From positions 89,977 through 153,976 of the forward strand of contig NMRA01000410.1 in the NCBI GenBank assembly GCA_002633005.1: DNA of 64,000 nucleotides, given 5' to 3'. The notes beneath the pieces are model-generated. The model was not told the DNA's origin. It searched no databases and worked only from the letters and a program-made list of their open reading frames with translations. Below are positions 26,701 to 41,700 of this stretch, piece after piece. The translations under genes and the position numbers were made by a program. The DNA is from Phoronis australis (Eukaryota; Animalia; Phoronida). The stretch's first letter is position 1, and every line of letters begins with the position of its first letter.

Positions 26701-29700
26701 CTCCATCAGCTTGGCATCGAGGTTTACGGCTTCACCCTGAAAATGTAAAGAGCAGAAATAACACTGACGCAAAATCTTAGAGGGACACAAGTGAAGTGGC
26801 AGAAAACAAGATTTCATGCGGTCAACCTCATCGCCAAATTGAACCTGCAACCCTGCAGCCACAATCTAGCATTCTGCTGCTGGAGTTAAATTTCACTTGA
26901 TAAATGGTGGAGCATTTTAAGCAAATTTGACTGGTAAAGTCAACGGCCTCGATTTCAGCAAATGTTTGGCAGACAACAGAAACACAACAGATTATGTTGT
27001 TTAACATCTCTGGTCAAAACCAGTAACTTCACAAAGTACATCCCATCCAAGAAATAATCTCAAAAAAGAGTTTTTCAGCCGTAAAATTGATTATGTCCCT
27101 CTAAACAAGAAGTGTTATTGTGGAATGATGAAAAAAGAAGGGCGGAGGGAAGAGGAGGCATGACAGAACGGGAGAGAGGGGGAGGGAGTGTGGCAGTTGA
27201 CAAAGGAATGTCTAGTCTCCATTGTGGGTGAATGAACACTGGAAGGGGAGGAGACATGTTGTGGAAAGCATACAGATGAACACTGGAAGGAAGGGGAGAA
27301 ATAGAGTGAACACTGGAAGGGGGGAGAGAAAGTGGAGAATACAAACAAATTTAGACTGGAAGGAGGCAGACAAAGAATTAACAGTGGAAGGGGAGGAGAC
27401 AAGTGGAGAAAGCATAGGGAAGGTGAGGAAGGAATAATGAGCTGCGTGATTTAAGTCTTAACTGAGAGTCTCAATACTTTAAAGTACAGATTAAAATCTT
27501 ATCATTTTCCACCTCACGCGAATTTATGTACCAGGGTATGCACCAAATCGCTGATACGATGAACATGTAGTCAAGAGTGAAACATTTATTATCAACTCGC
27601 AAAGAATGACTTTTAAATAATAAAAAACAAAAACATGCGAAATATGACTTCAAATTGTTACTAAGACACAGTGCCTCATCACAGAGCACAGTGTGTGCAT
27701 ATGAAATACGACTTCAAATTGTTACCACAACAGGGTGCCTCATCTAAAAGTACAGTGTGAGCACATGAAGTACGACTCCCAATTGTTACCAAGACAGAGT
27801 GCTTCATCACGGAGCACAGTGTATAAATATGAAAACGGCTATGATCCTGGTCAACTGAAAATAATTGAAAAAGAAATACAACGAAAGACAACTGCATCAA
27901 AAATGATATTTTGATAGTGTACCTCATTCCACAGCACAGTATGCCCACATGAAATTATCAATGATCCAACTAAAACCAAGACCCATACAATTGATAGGAA
28001 ATGGCTGAAGCATTATGACCTACCAAAAGACTTACCTCTGTTAGTAACTCATACTTGAGCTGTTTCCGGCAGTTGATAGGAATTCGATGCGGTCGGTCCA
28101 TTATAGTGTCGTTGAAGACCAACTCGCTCAGACAGTAAACCACTTCCGCCCTGACACAAATGAACAGCATTAAATGTGTGACAAATACAAGTAGTATTGG
28201 GCATCATATCACCTATATAATAACATGGTGTTCAAACAAATTTGCAAATCCGACAAGATATTTACAAACTTTTAGCTCAGAAATGACTATTCTGCAACAC
28301 AGAAAAATCCATGACTTAAACACAACAATTCATTACGTTAAATGACTTTTCCATGACAAAAACACTCCATGACCTTTCCAGAGGAACTTCAAAACGAACC
28401 GTGAAGAAAATGGTATAATACATTACACGCCAAAAGTAATTAGACCAAATTATCCAGAAATCCCTGTCATGATGACTGAGTGGATGTCAAATTCATTGTC
28501 AGACTCATTGCCATGACCCACAATGAAAGGGAATTACATGCCGAAAAGTAGCTAAGTCGTTCTGTAGTTAGCTTTTTAATGCTAAAATAATGATAACTAC
28601 TCATTCTCCCTGTTAACAGACTTAGCTGTTGTAACGGGAAAACTTTATTTTGTCTGATTAAACTGTCATGTGCTGACAATAGTTACCAGCTAGTGTGAAA
28701 AAGTTATGTTTTCTTTTTACAAAGAGTGCATACTTATTGGTGAGCTGCTTCTTAGACTTGCAGTGTCTCGTGGCTGGATCCTTGCAAGCTTTCTTGAATT
28801 TGTAACTGAACGTGAAGTCCTTCGACGTGATCTGCAAAACCAGGAATTATTAAAAATCTCAGTTCATCAAGGACACATTACTACCGATGGTTAAATTGAG
28901 CAGGAACTTACAGTGATACTGCCCCTTTAAGTACAGCATAAACATGGAAATCCTGAAAATGCTGGTTTCAAAGCATTCCATACCATGATAACTGCTGACC
29001 ACTCACAGGTTTCCTAACTGAGCAGGGGAAGTGAGACAACTCGCCTCTTTGTTGCATGACCTTCTCAAGGTCTTTTGCCTTGAATGCGGAAAACCAACAT
29101 GAGGTCTTACAAACTTTACGTCACCTACCGCCGTTCAGTAACTTGTCTTTTAACTCATATTTTACCATTGAACCATCTATTTGGGGATGGAAGTCATATT
29201 CGCCGATTTAGCATCGCGAACTACTCATGCTAAAACCATCGTCGGAATATAATTGATTGACTGATTAACTGCTACCAACTTGGTTTATTCGAGTTTGAAG
29301 TTGGCAACTTCAGTTTGACCCAATCAGCATTGCACGCTACTTAAAGTGTGCAAAAAGGGAAGTTCAGTGTCACAGCAAATCTATACCGTGAAATCCTGTC
29401 AATCACTGTCTTACCAGCTGATGATGCTCAATTCCACACGCACATTTATTGTCCATAGCCGGGTCATTCTTGTGATCAATCAGACACTCCATTATGTCTT
29501 CTGGCTCAGCGCCCTCTAGCTTGTTCTAGAGAAAAACAAGGCAAACTTAAATGCAATAATATACCAGCCACCAGGTTGCGTGACCAGCTTGAACACAAGT
29601 CGGCTTACCAAGATCTGCCAAACAACATGCTGGGAAAATCCCATTTCACGTGACTAATGAAAAAATAGTTCAGCCTAAAATGAATTTAAGAGTATGAGAC

Positions 29701-32700
29701 ACAGAAAAAAAGAAGCACAGTCATAAAAACCAGAAATCATCACTTGTCATTGCTTTTGATGCCTAAACTTACCAGATGTCATAACTTTTCATTTGAAAAT
29801 ACCACAAGTGATAAAATGTGGAGATAACTCTGACAAATAATCAGTACAGATAACAAATGCTAATGCTAGCTGGATGACACAGTGGATCTGTAAGGAAATC
29901 AATGTCGGGTATTCTCTCAACATGAACATCTCCCAACTTTCATTATCATTCATTAACCAGTTTGAAGAATAGCAAGGTGGGTGCCTAAAGACACAAAAGT
30001 AATAAAATATGGGCACTAGGGAGCACAAAGTACGTAAAATTCATGAAAAAACTGGGTAGGTTTCATCGCTTCCTTCATAGAATCAAAGTTATTTGCCAGA
30101 ATTCATGAAGATATACCAAGGAATTTGGTGGATGAGGCATACGCAAAGAAAACCTGAATTGCCACAAAGGGATGCCACTGTAGCCCAAATCATCCCGAAA
30201 TGTGCTGCAGTTAAGCCCTGCTTATTTGAAACATACAAAAACCAAATTTCATGAAGTTCCATCACAGAACTGGGTAAATATTGAGGCAAAGACAAAATAA
30301 TGAAATTAATACTAGGGGGCACCACAGAATTCAGATTCGTCCAAAAATCAACATCAGCCATGGTCAACCGAATTCGAATACATTTATTTTCTGAAATTTC
30401 ATGATCCTTCATTATACAAACGGTTTGGCCAACACAAAGACAGACGCCAAAATCAAAGCTTGATATAACAATGACCACTGTCTAAGGGATGCAGATAGAG
30501 AAGAATTCTTTATCATCTCAATATTAACATCTTTGTCAAATTTCATAAAAGTCTATCAATGTTTAGAAGATACAGCAGCGAACGTCTGATGTACAACACT
30601 TATACAGAGATAACGGTAAAATGATCCCACATACAGTACAAGTCAAAACTAGTCAGGCAAAATGACCTGGAATTCCTCGTCTTGTCAGCTGAGAGCAAGT
30701 GGAATCAAGACAGCCAAATGCAAGAAGCATTCACCATTACAGTAACTAGATCGACCTGTCACAACAGCTCATTGTGATGGTCTGATAACTTTTGGCGCAT
30801 AAAAAATAAAAAGTATGGACCGTTTACAAGTGTCAACTTTGTCTACACTGCTCGTTTCAGAGCTTATACGAAATGGCACCTGTATTCAAATTGAAGTGTT
30901 ATGACGCACCTTGCAGAATTTCTCCAACATAGGCATGCACGCCGACATCAACTTCCTGTCCAACACTGGATCTTCGTCCTCGTCGGTGATGAACTCGCCA
31001 ACTTTTGTCCGACATACCTCGGTCAGCTTTTCCAAGTTTTCTTCCAGGCACTCCATCTCCTGCAACAGTGTGCATAAAGGAAAGAGATCAACAGTTTACA
31101 GTGAATAAAGGAAAGAGTTCAACAGTTTGCAGTGAATAAAGGAAAGAGATTAACAGTTTGCAGTGAATAAAGGAAAGAGATCAACAGTTTGCAGTGAATA
31201 AAGGAAAGAGATCAACAGTTTGCAGTGAATAAAGGCAAATGTTCAACAAGTACAGCAGTGTAAAATGGCACTGAAGTAGTTACACACCACATTGATGAAT
31301 CATCACTGGTACACTTCAACACATGTTGCAAAAGAAAATGACAAGACTAGTCGAATAATCACTTAAGATCTCAAACTGCCAAACTGTAGTTGTTAACTTT
31401 AGAATGCAGAGAGAAAGTGAATGATGTCAATCCATTCCTCAGAAAAATGCTTGGGTCAAGTTTAGCCACCGGGGAGAACTGCAGTGGTTAGTTAGCCACA
31501 ATTGTTTCAGAAATGGGGACATTTTCCTTAACATTCATGAAAACGTGGCTTACTAAGCCCAATTTAAGGACTATTTACTGAAATCTTTAATGCAAATGTG
31601 GCTAACAGGAACCTCCAATAACAAGATATCTATTAGTCATTTAGATTAGAAATTTGACGGGCTTTTAATTAAATGTGTTATGGTGAGTAAAGAGTATTAA
31701 CTCACAGCGCCTTTCTCTTGATGTTCATCCCCAGAGCAGTACATGGCAAGATCTTTCATGCAAGCGTCCTCAATCTCTGGTTCAAGGTCAATGCTAGCAG
31801 TTCGTTCACGCATAACACGGCGGACTTCTGCTAAACATTGGCGGGAGGACAACTTCTGTAACCAAGAATAGAAACCATCCAATAGAAATGCTGCTTTCTG
31901 TAGACTCGAAACTTAGAATGGTTTCTGAATAATTTGGTACAGCCATCTAAAATGTTGCAAGACTTTCGCAAAAGTACCCTAGGTGTCACTTTAGAGTGTT
32001 AACAAAAGTCTGTGCAGACGGCAACATAAATCAGAAAAATTTGACTTTAAAAGGCATAACATTATAATCATAACCAGAACACTGAACCAAATCAAAAACT
32101 ATTAACCTTATCTTTGGCTTTATTATGGAGACACGAAAGGACTAGAGGACCACGTTCTGCAGTAGGCTTCTGCTCATCAAAGTCATCTTCGTGAAGACAT
32201 CCCAAGGCAATGGCATCTTTACGGCACTGGCGGTACAGCTTCTTGTCCAATCTGTTTGAGACACAAAACCACAAAAATATATCATCGTGTAGACAAGAAC
32301 ACTTTAGTCTACGTAGGACTTCATCGACAAGAATGTGTATTGAGCCAAATATGTAATAAACTATGGAGTCTCAACTCTGCAAAAGTATTTATTTTCAGAG
32401 AGTGGAAAGTCTGCAGAATTCGATTCTTTACCAATATCAATCTGACATTAAATGGGTCACGGGACCATGTAAATAAACTGTGATCAGCTGATTTCAATGG
32501 GCACCTGCCTTACACGTACATAAGAGAGTCCGCTCCAAACACTTTTGACAAGCGCAGATGCTCAACCAGAGGCTGCCCGTCATGCATGGCTAGTTACATA
32601 GATACAGACAACAGCTTACCTGAACTCTCTGGCCATGAAGTACTGTACATCCAACAGTACCTCTACACACTCGTCATTCATTTCCTTGTTGTCAAGGTTA

Positions 32701-35700
32701 TCCATCAGACAGGCAAGACCTCTGAAAACAGAGAACAGTAAACATGAGTGCTCCAAAGCAGCTGTGTGAATGAACTTTGTCAAGAAATAAACTTCTCAGT
32801 GCTTAAAAGTTCTGGACGAATGACCACCAAGCTTAACTTGAGATCGATTTGAAAAATGACTTATCGATTTACATCGAATTTGAAAGTTAACATGAAGTTG
32901 CCATGCAGTAGGTCAGTACTTGTATCTGCAGTAAAGCCCTAGTCAAACCTCAGGGTCAAATTGAGACAATTTACAATCCCCTATACACATAGAGAAACAC
33001 TGTAGAGTTGAGTGCTAATTTGATAGACAACAAATAATGCAAATGCGTGTTCACAGACAAGAGTGATAGGAAGATTTGTTTGTCATCTATGAGTTAACTG
33101 GATACACACAGGGTGTAGAAAAATGACTTGATTGTTGAAAGCTATGTTAAATGACTGCAAATAAAAAGTACCGCTCAACTCTGGCAAGATTTAAATGTGC
33201 CAACAATAAACTAGCATTCGAGACTGGAAGACAAACAGGATTACTGAGGGATGAATGTGTTCGATCAAATTCTTTCGGAAGAGGAAAGGCATTATTTATT
33301 TGACATTGCGTAGCCACCTGGCTCCTCCTACTGAGGAGTGATGACAGACTAGTTCCCTTTGCCAGTGATCAACTGCAAGGTTCTGGCTAATGAGTCAGGC
33401 AACTTAAATCTGACTCCTCCGTGTTTACTCAAAGAGGGGTTCTTGGCTTTAATCCAGATAGACTCTCTGACAACTCTCTCAGATTTAAGTTGTCTGAATC
33501 ATAGTACGGGACCTTGCAGTTGTTGTCTGTGAACACTGGCACAGACCCTCTCCTTTAAGGAGTCACTGTCCTTGGCAGGTTGCATGAAACAGTCCCAGTC
33601 TCAACTATGTTCCCTAAATTTGTGCTAGCAATCATTTATCATTTCCTATGTTATTTTATATTCATTAAATTACTAAGTCAACTTTAAGCTCTGAAGTATA
33701 CAGGGAGTGTAACCTGCATCAAAATCTTAATATTTCTGAAAATAAATAGGGACCTTTCCATGACACGCCCCTAATTTAAGGACCAAGTCTATACATCCTT
33801 TCATTTAAATAAGGACTCACGCCTCCAGATCTAACATTAAAAATGTAAAAGAGAAGCTCATACTGGCGATAAAGTGATATAGAAAAATAACATTGGTGAG
33901 TAAACAAAGTCCACACATGTGCAAAAGATTTAGGGAATAATGTAGATTCCCTTTCGGAAATGTTTGATGCAACTGCTTGTCATAGTCATTTATGGCCCAC
34001 ATTCATACTACTCACTCGCCAGTTCCTTGCTCCTCTTTACAAATACGTCTGGCCACATCGCCGCACGCTTCAGCAATAGCTGGGTCAATGGAGAAATCAC
34101 TATCTGGATCGGCCTCGTCTATCAGCTCCATAAGCTGAAGTGAATGAAGACAGGGCACACAGTTAACACTCCCTTGAAGGACTTGTGGTTTGTAAATGAA
34201 ACTATAACTTAGCAACCAACTAGTTATGACACTGCAAGGGTTTGACAGCCCCTTTTCAAGAATTATTTTTTGGAAGTGTGACCTGCACCACTAGCGCATC
34301 AAAATGTTTCAGAGTTCCACACCGTAGGGTTCAGCGTGGGTCTACTGAAACATTCACGTCTTGTAACAACACTAGAATGCATTGCACACCAACACAACCA
34401 ATGAGGGTGATGTGTTTAAATTACCTACGTGTCCTGTCTACTTCTACTATAAGCCAGAAGTAATAGGAATCCCTGCCTAAATATTTATGAAGGTCAACAT
34501 GTTTAAATGCCCTATGACATACAAGCTGTTAAACCCAGAGATGTTCCGATTGATCTGTAGATTTCAGTGTGTGCGGGTCAACTGACCATTACACACTTGA
34601 CCCCAGTCTTCTGGACTACTGCAGAAGAACCTGATCACAATGCCAAAGGCTATTTTTATCAAAACGAACAGTGCCCACCTCGGCTTTGCAATTGCTCGAT
34701 ATGAGTGTGCCTTCGGCAAACTTGTTTTTGCTTGGCCTGGCCAGTGCCATGAGACAATGCAGCGTCTTGCCATTGCGCTGCATTCCCTTGCAGTGCTTAG
34801 AGATTTCCGTGTGACATTCACTGACAATGTGAGGACTGATTTGGTAGTCTTCCAACAAACTCTTCTGCCAGTCCTGGATCTCTTGACGACACTGGGGTTG
34901 GATTTGGTGACCTGCAAAACAAGGCACGGAATTTCAAAATGAAAATTAAAGGCACATTCTTCTTTATTCACCACCTGAATGCAAACCGGGCTACTCAAGC
35001 AGGCATAATAGAAGCTTGGCCCATTTCACAGCATCTTGCACTTCGTCAATAGATTAGTACAACAAACACTGGCATCATCAATTCTCCTTATTACGAGCAT
35101 TGTTCTAATTTCCCTTTAGTGGAACAGGGAAATTACCGAATAAGCAATGACTCCAGTCTGAAATAAATTGCAATATCATACATTAATTCGAGTGATTTTT
35201 GAAAATATTTGGCTTCTGAAACTGAATTTCTCCTGAAATGTTAGGCTGGGATTATTTACTTCATGAAATAAGATCCATTAAAAATTACCCAATAATGATG
35301 TAATTGGATAAGTTTGTCGACCAGAATTTCAATCAGGATGGACGTGTCCACCTTATTGTATTCACCATAGTGTGCGAGACATAATGCAGGACAAAAGACT
35401 GTGCAAACACTTAACAATGGACTAGACCGACACCTGGACTTGGAAACCACTGATGTCTGGAGTTGAAACCAAACAAGATATTTGTAGTGATGCCTCAAAT
35501 CAACGATAAAAGACATGACAGAAACAGAATCCAGAAAAAGTATGCCTACCTCTTTCCACAGCCTTTTCAAGACAGACCAAAGCAGCTGCCATGCGACCCT
35601 GTTTGAAGGCAGGCTGCGCAGAGCCTAGCTTGTTGCAACCATAGTTGCGGATGTCCTGTTTGCAGGTGTCCAGAAATGTGTAACTAACTTTGTAGTCTTC

Positions 35701-38700
35701 TTGAATCAATGTCTGCCTTGCAGTTAGCTTTTCCATACACTGTAACATTAAACCAAGGCAATTCACATATCTATGGTAATAATAGCTACAACAACACTGA
35801 GTTGATCAGATGCATTGACTTGTACATTCAAATGAGTGGAAATTAGTGGACATGCTACATTTTTATCTCAGTGAGTCACAGTGACTCAACTTCTTTTTCT
35901 AATTAGGCAAACAGTAAAAATCCTATATTACTGCATTCCACTCCACTTCACTTAAGGCTTAGAATTTAATTTTTGATTTTAATCTCACCAGCATATTTTA
36001 CTTCATTTGAAACAGCTTAAAACAAATAGACGCATATCAGTGTATCTCACTTGAAAGTTTACAAGCACTAAGTTCAGCAAAACCACAGGCATTTCGCCTC
36101 TCAGCCTGAGCTGTCTGGTCTGGAAATGTTCACTAACTTAGGACAAAGCATGGCATACAAGTGGTGTTCTATTTTCTCATTTACAGAAATTTGTACCAAC
36201 AAAACTGTATTTGAGCATTTAGGACACCAAATTTGCAGATTTTCAGTAAATTTTCAGATTTTCGCGTAAAGACCAAACATTGAAAATTCTAACTTTTTAG
36301 CACATTAGCGTGTTGAAATTGTGTTCAGATGTTACTTTTCCTAGTTACTTACCTTTGAAACAGTTTTTAAAATACACGTAGTGATTTGACCACCAATTCT
36401 CAGAATTATCTAAGGTGTTTCGTTGAGGGACGATGTGCTAGCAGTAGTGAAAAGATCCAGTTAATCAATAGAAAAGTTCCTTACTGAAGTTAAATAATTA
36501 TGCAAATACTTGCTGCAATGGTAATATATACCGTGAATGGTGATAAGTTGCATACACGACAAACAGTTCATTGTTTCAAAAGTTGTGCTCGTTTTTTAAT
36601 GCAAAAACATATCTGCAAAAAGAGATTTTAACGTAGCAAGCCAGCACCTTACACACAGCGAAACTGACTATACCTCAGTGCTCATTTTCTCATTCATCTT
36701 GTGTTTGTAGAGACACTTGAACACTTTGCCGTTGCCAGCCTTTGTGTCCTTACAGAACAGTTCGCGGTCCTCTCGACAGGCATAATAGAGCGGCCTGTCC
36801 AAGTTGTAGTCGTTGGCCTGCAGTTCAGCAACACGCAGCACGGCGAGTTGACATTCCTTTTCCAATTCACTGTAATGCTTTTCAAGACAAGCCACAGTCC
36901 TCCCTTGCTGATGTACGCTCTGGAAAATAGTGGCATGTATGAATGCATTGGTAAGTCTGTACGCCTGCAGATGGAGGCACTTAATACAGACTGGATTCTT
37001 AGTATTTTTAAACAAAGAGCATATTTGTCAATTGACAACATATCCACCCTGCTGCATCTCATCCCTTCACTAGTAAGCTGATGAACTTGTTTCGTGGTTT
37101 TATTTGCACGTTTTATGTAGTGTTCAAACTTGAGGGCGTTTTTGCAATATGGTGTAATTTATATTATCGTGATGGAGCACGCATGTGTCCGCTGGACACA
37201 AAAAAATTGTTGAAGCTCTTGTCAATGTCCAAATCGTACATTCCTTTGGTTTCTGCTAATGCCAGTCCTAACACCTCACTTGAAGGTCGCATGTTCACCA
37301 GTTCTTTGGGAACCTTGAGCTCATGATTTTGTCGATCGAATTTGAATCCTGCGCATACTTAAACGAAAATAGCTGAGTTCAAGCATCGGAGCAGATTCCA
37401 GTAGAAGCACATAGGCCTGAACATACAGACTTGCATGTACAGTACAGAATAAATGTGAGAACAAACTAAGTTCGCCCGCTCAAACACTTGCTGACAAAAT
37501 TCTAAAAACCCAAGACCTGTAAAAATTTCCCACGTAAAAATAATACCTTATCATTAACATCCAAACGGCCACAATTCCTCAATTTAACGTCTTTTTCACA
37601 CTTTGTGATGAATGGTGACAGAAGACGATAGTCGCTGAAGATGATGGACGCCATCTTGTTCAGGAACTGTTGGCAGTTCCTGTCCTTAGTCACGTTCATC
37701 TTTTTCCCGACCAGGCAGGCGACAACGTGCCCTTTATACTTGTTGTCTTTACATTCAGCAAACTTAAAAACAGAAACGTCTCCGATGAGTCAACATACCT
37801 ACTGTAGAGGATTTTAAGATGCGTTTTCCTTCCACTTCATTCTCAAATCAAAAAATATGCTAACTATGGTGATTCTTCACTTATGTCCCACAATGTTACG
37901 GATGACAAAATATTTACCAAGTGCCGTTTTTGAATTGTCTTACGCTCATTTTGTTAAGAAATGTTACTATGTCAGTCATACTGTGTCCTAAGAGGTGAAC
38001 AATTACTGTAAATCACACAGGTTTTCCGTGTCACCATAGCTTTGCTTTCAACATTCAGTTGAAGTTGAAAAACGATGTCTGACTGAAATGAAGCAGTTAA
38101 ATTTTCTGAGGCATTGTCGACTCATTAATGGCCTGAATAGTCTTTGTGGCAAAGGAAATGAAGTCTTACCGTTGTAGAAAAAAAAATTCCAGTATCACTT
38201 TTGTTGGGATAAGTGCCTTAGTTTTGATTTGATTTTTGGGATGGCATAACTGGTGGAACTGTGACTTTAAAATGGAAGAAGGTAACCATCTTGGATGCTA
38301 CATTTATCAAAAGCGTGAATCCTGGGTTGTTTTGGAGATGCATTGTTCCACGTTTAATTACTGTACCATATACACGAATGTGACATGGATGGCACAACAA
38401 GCATTTTCTTTCTGCATTCACTTCTATAGAGCAAACACAACCTCTTAATTGCTATTGATCACAGTCAATGTTGGCCATTTGTGTTTGCTCAAAGGGGATG
38501 AATGCAGAACCAAGATGTGAGCCTTGTGCTTGGCCATTTACGCCACTTTCTATAACTTGATGGACAGTAAATGAATTTCAAGGGAACACTAATCAACATG
38601 AAAAAATGACTCTTCACCATAATCGGGAACCTGTACTTTTACTACTTCAGCGTTGGCCAACCGGAAATGAAATCGACGATCTTCCAACACGCTGAGGTTT

Positions 38701-41700
38701 CGCAAGTTCCTCTTCGTAACAGAAAACAAGTCGTGGTATAGAAAGATTTTAAGATCGTTTCTGGGAGAGTAAAAGGCCCAATTGCATTTTTGTTTATTAC
38801 TAGCAACTATGAATCTTGCATTATGAACAATGATGCATACTACTTTAGAGTAAGGATAACAGCTTCAGTTAGCTTCACACTAAAATGTATCACAAGGCTT
38901 GTATTTTTCTTACATTTGCATGATAGCTGGCAGTTGTCAAAGCAAATTCGAATAATCAATACTCAGGCATAAAAAGAACATGTAGTTTACCTCGGGTAAG
39001 GCTAGCGTGTTCTTGCAAACTTCTTGTGAAGCATACTGAAAACGATCATCCATTGTCAGGTTCTTCTTGTAATCCCATAGCACCTGAAAACCAAAAAGTA
39101 TAAATAATCATCGATGGCAAGTGGAATACTCAGGATATCAGGGCTCGACATAACGAGCTGCAGGTCGCATTTGCGACCTGAAATTTGGAAATGCGAGCTG
39201 AGATTTTTGTCAGCTCGTATAAAGTCGCAAAATGCGACCTGGAATTTCCAACGAATGCGAGCTGAGTTTTTACACTTCTCAACAGATACCTGGCAAATAC
39301 AAAGCAGCTCTTGTTAATCCGACCGTTATTTGGTNTTTGTGCGTCGACGACGCACATTTCTTATTGGGAAAGCCAGATTTTCAAAAATTAATCGCTCGGA
39401 CCATTTGAGTCTCATTTACCTGCAATTATACTGCTATTAAATGACCGAGCCAGCATTGTTGATACTACGACCGCTCATCGAAATAATGTACACCCACGAA
39501 ATTCGGACACTAGCGGAAACCCAAATTTGGAGGGCCGCCAAATTCGGACACCACAAAATGATATTTCGCGAGATTCGTCCAAGAATGAATTTTTTCTATT
39601 GGAATTAATTTTCAGTGTCCGAAAATCACGCGACTTTACCGTATTTTTCTTACATTTGCATGATAGCAGGCAGTTGTCAAAGCAAATTCGAATAATCAAT
39701 ACTCAGACATAAAAAGAAAATGTAGTTTACCTCGGGTAAGGCTAGCGTGTTCTTGCAAACTTCTTGTGAAGCATACTGAAAACGATCATCCATTGTCAGG
39801 TTCTTCTTGTAATCCCATAGCACCTGAAAAACCAAAAATATAAATAATCATCGATGACAAGTGGAATACTCAGGATATGCATTGACACTGGGCACTTTAC
39901 AAATGTGAGTGACAACATTGGTGGCAATGGAGAAAAATGTAGTAATTTGACTTGTGCATAGTTTTGACTATTAACTCCAAAGCGCTAAAGTTTCATAAGT
40001 AGTTTGTAAATATAACCACACCTTCTCGTCTAATACTGTAATTAACCAGCAGACAATTCTGACCACCCAAACTGAATATTCTTAGTGTCAGTCAACCAGA
40101 TGCATTGATTTTAGAAAGCTGTGCATACTTTCCCTTTTACAGAACCCTCGATGCCTCAATTTTGGGGCCACATTTGAAGAGGATTCACATTCACAAGGCA
40201 CAAGTATCTTTCCTCTATAGTGAGCGAGGGCACTGACTTTACAAGGGCAAATGCACCCCATACAAAATCCAACACCTTAACCCTAGTACGGTCATACTCA
40301 CATTCTGACAGCTGTCACCAATTTCATCATACGTCTGAAAGAAAATAAGAATTCAAGTTAATCCAGAAACACATGGAAATCTAAATTAATTTATGAATAT
40401 AATTTTGCAACCATTTACATAAAGCAGGATTCTACATTAAGCAAGGTGATAATTATGAGAGAGCCTGGACCCAAAGATATTTGAACATAAACATAAATCT
40501 AGACAATCATTGTTTTTCACCAATCATAATCCGGTCATATCCAGTTGTAAAGTGTACCTCCTAGATGCGGAAATTTTATAAATTACCTAAAACTTTTGTG
40601 AGCATGAAATGGAACTTTCAATCCGATATTGGATTATTTACTGCAACACAGAACGGCGGTGACCTCTTTAGTGATAAGTAGCAGCTAGACAAAGTTTGAA
40701 ACATGTAAGCTAGCCTATACTAGTCCATTCCCACATCGTAGGTTATTCATTTGTTTTCAGCTTGTTTCCACACACTTAACAGATTAAAGCAACATCTATA
40801 AGGGTCGATATCTTTCTAAAAAATTACATGCTTACAGGAGAATTTATACAGTAAAATCTCACTAATTTAGGACTCCATATGGCTGACAAGTGAAATTCTA
40901 TCATTTTTCCATTCAACATATGCAGCATGAATGCTTGTTCATGGTCAAGTTTAGTAATACAGCTGCATAACCACAAACAAAGTTTTAAAAACTGTGACCA
41001 CTCACAACAATGTTAGAAGACCCTGAAAATGACAAAAGACAATATTGACAATTAATTTTCTCCACAATTGGTGACTCTTACCATATCTTTCGAAGCCTGA
41101 AGATGCGGATCTTTGAGCTTCTAAAAATTTTATTTTAACAGCATGTACCGGTACATAATTCTATGAGTTTTAGCAAAACACAGGATCACCATAAACAACA
41201 TGATCTGTGTTGCTTGCAATACACAGGATTTTAAAAACTGTGAATAAGGAATCCTAATTTTACACAATTACAAAACATGCGAACGAATTTCTTTTCTGAA
41301 GAACTAAATTTCCAGCATCAAGCTAAATGATTTACTCAAGTTAATTTTCATTTGACTAATTACTGCTATACATGGCTTTCCAAAATTTGAAAACTACAAC
41401 CTGCATAAATTGAAATCCGATGCATAACACAATAATAAGAGATAAGGTATACGGGCGGACAAGGGACAAACTATAAGTCACACAAGTACAGAACATCAGC
41501 ATCCAGTTGATATTATCTGGGGGAACAATATATGGTGGACTGCACAAAAGAACATGCTTGAAGGTTATTTGCATTAAGAAGCAGAACAAATGAGATGAAG
41601 GAGCATATCCCAGTAATCTGACACAATTAATAACGAATACGGTGAGCAAATGTCTGGAGGCACTAATTTAAACAAAGAACAGAGTTTAGCTTACCAAATG

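Larger units (their letters stand above)
38901..39878. repeat. ~238-bp direct duplication containing GLG1 exon 3 (38901-39138 and 39641-39878), straddling a 1-N join
   Basis: Exon copies 38991-39083 and 39731-39823 are identical; flanks differ at about 5-6 positions; N at 39335. Confidence 0.9.

Noticed and set aside
27075-27437. Ser/Pro-rich ORFs
   Set aside because: Products of a purine-rich intronic repeat.
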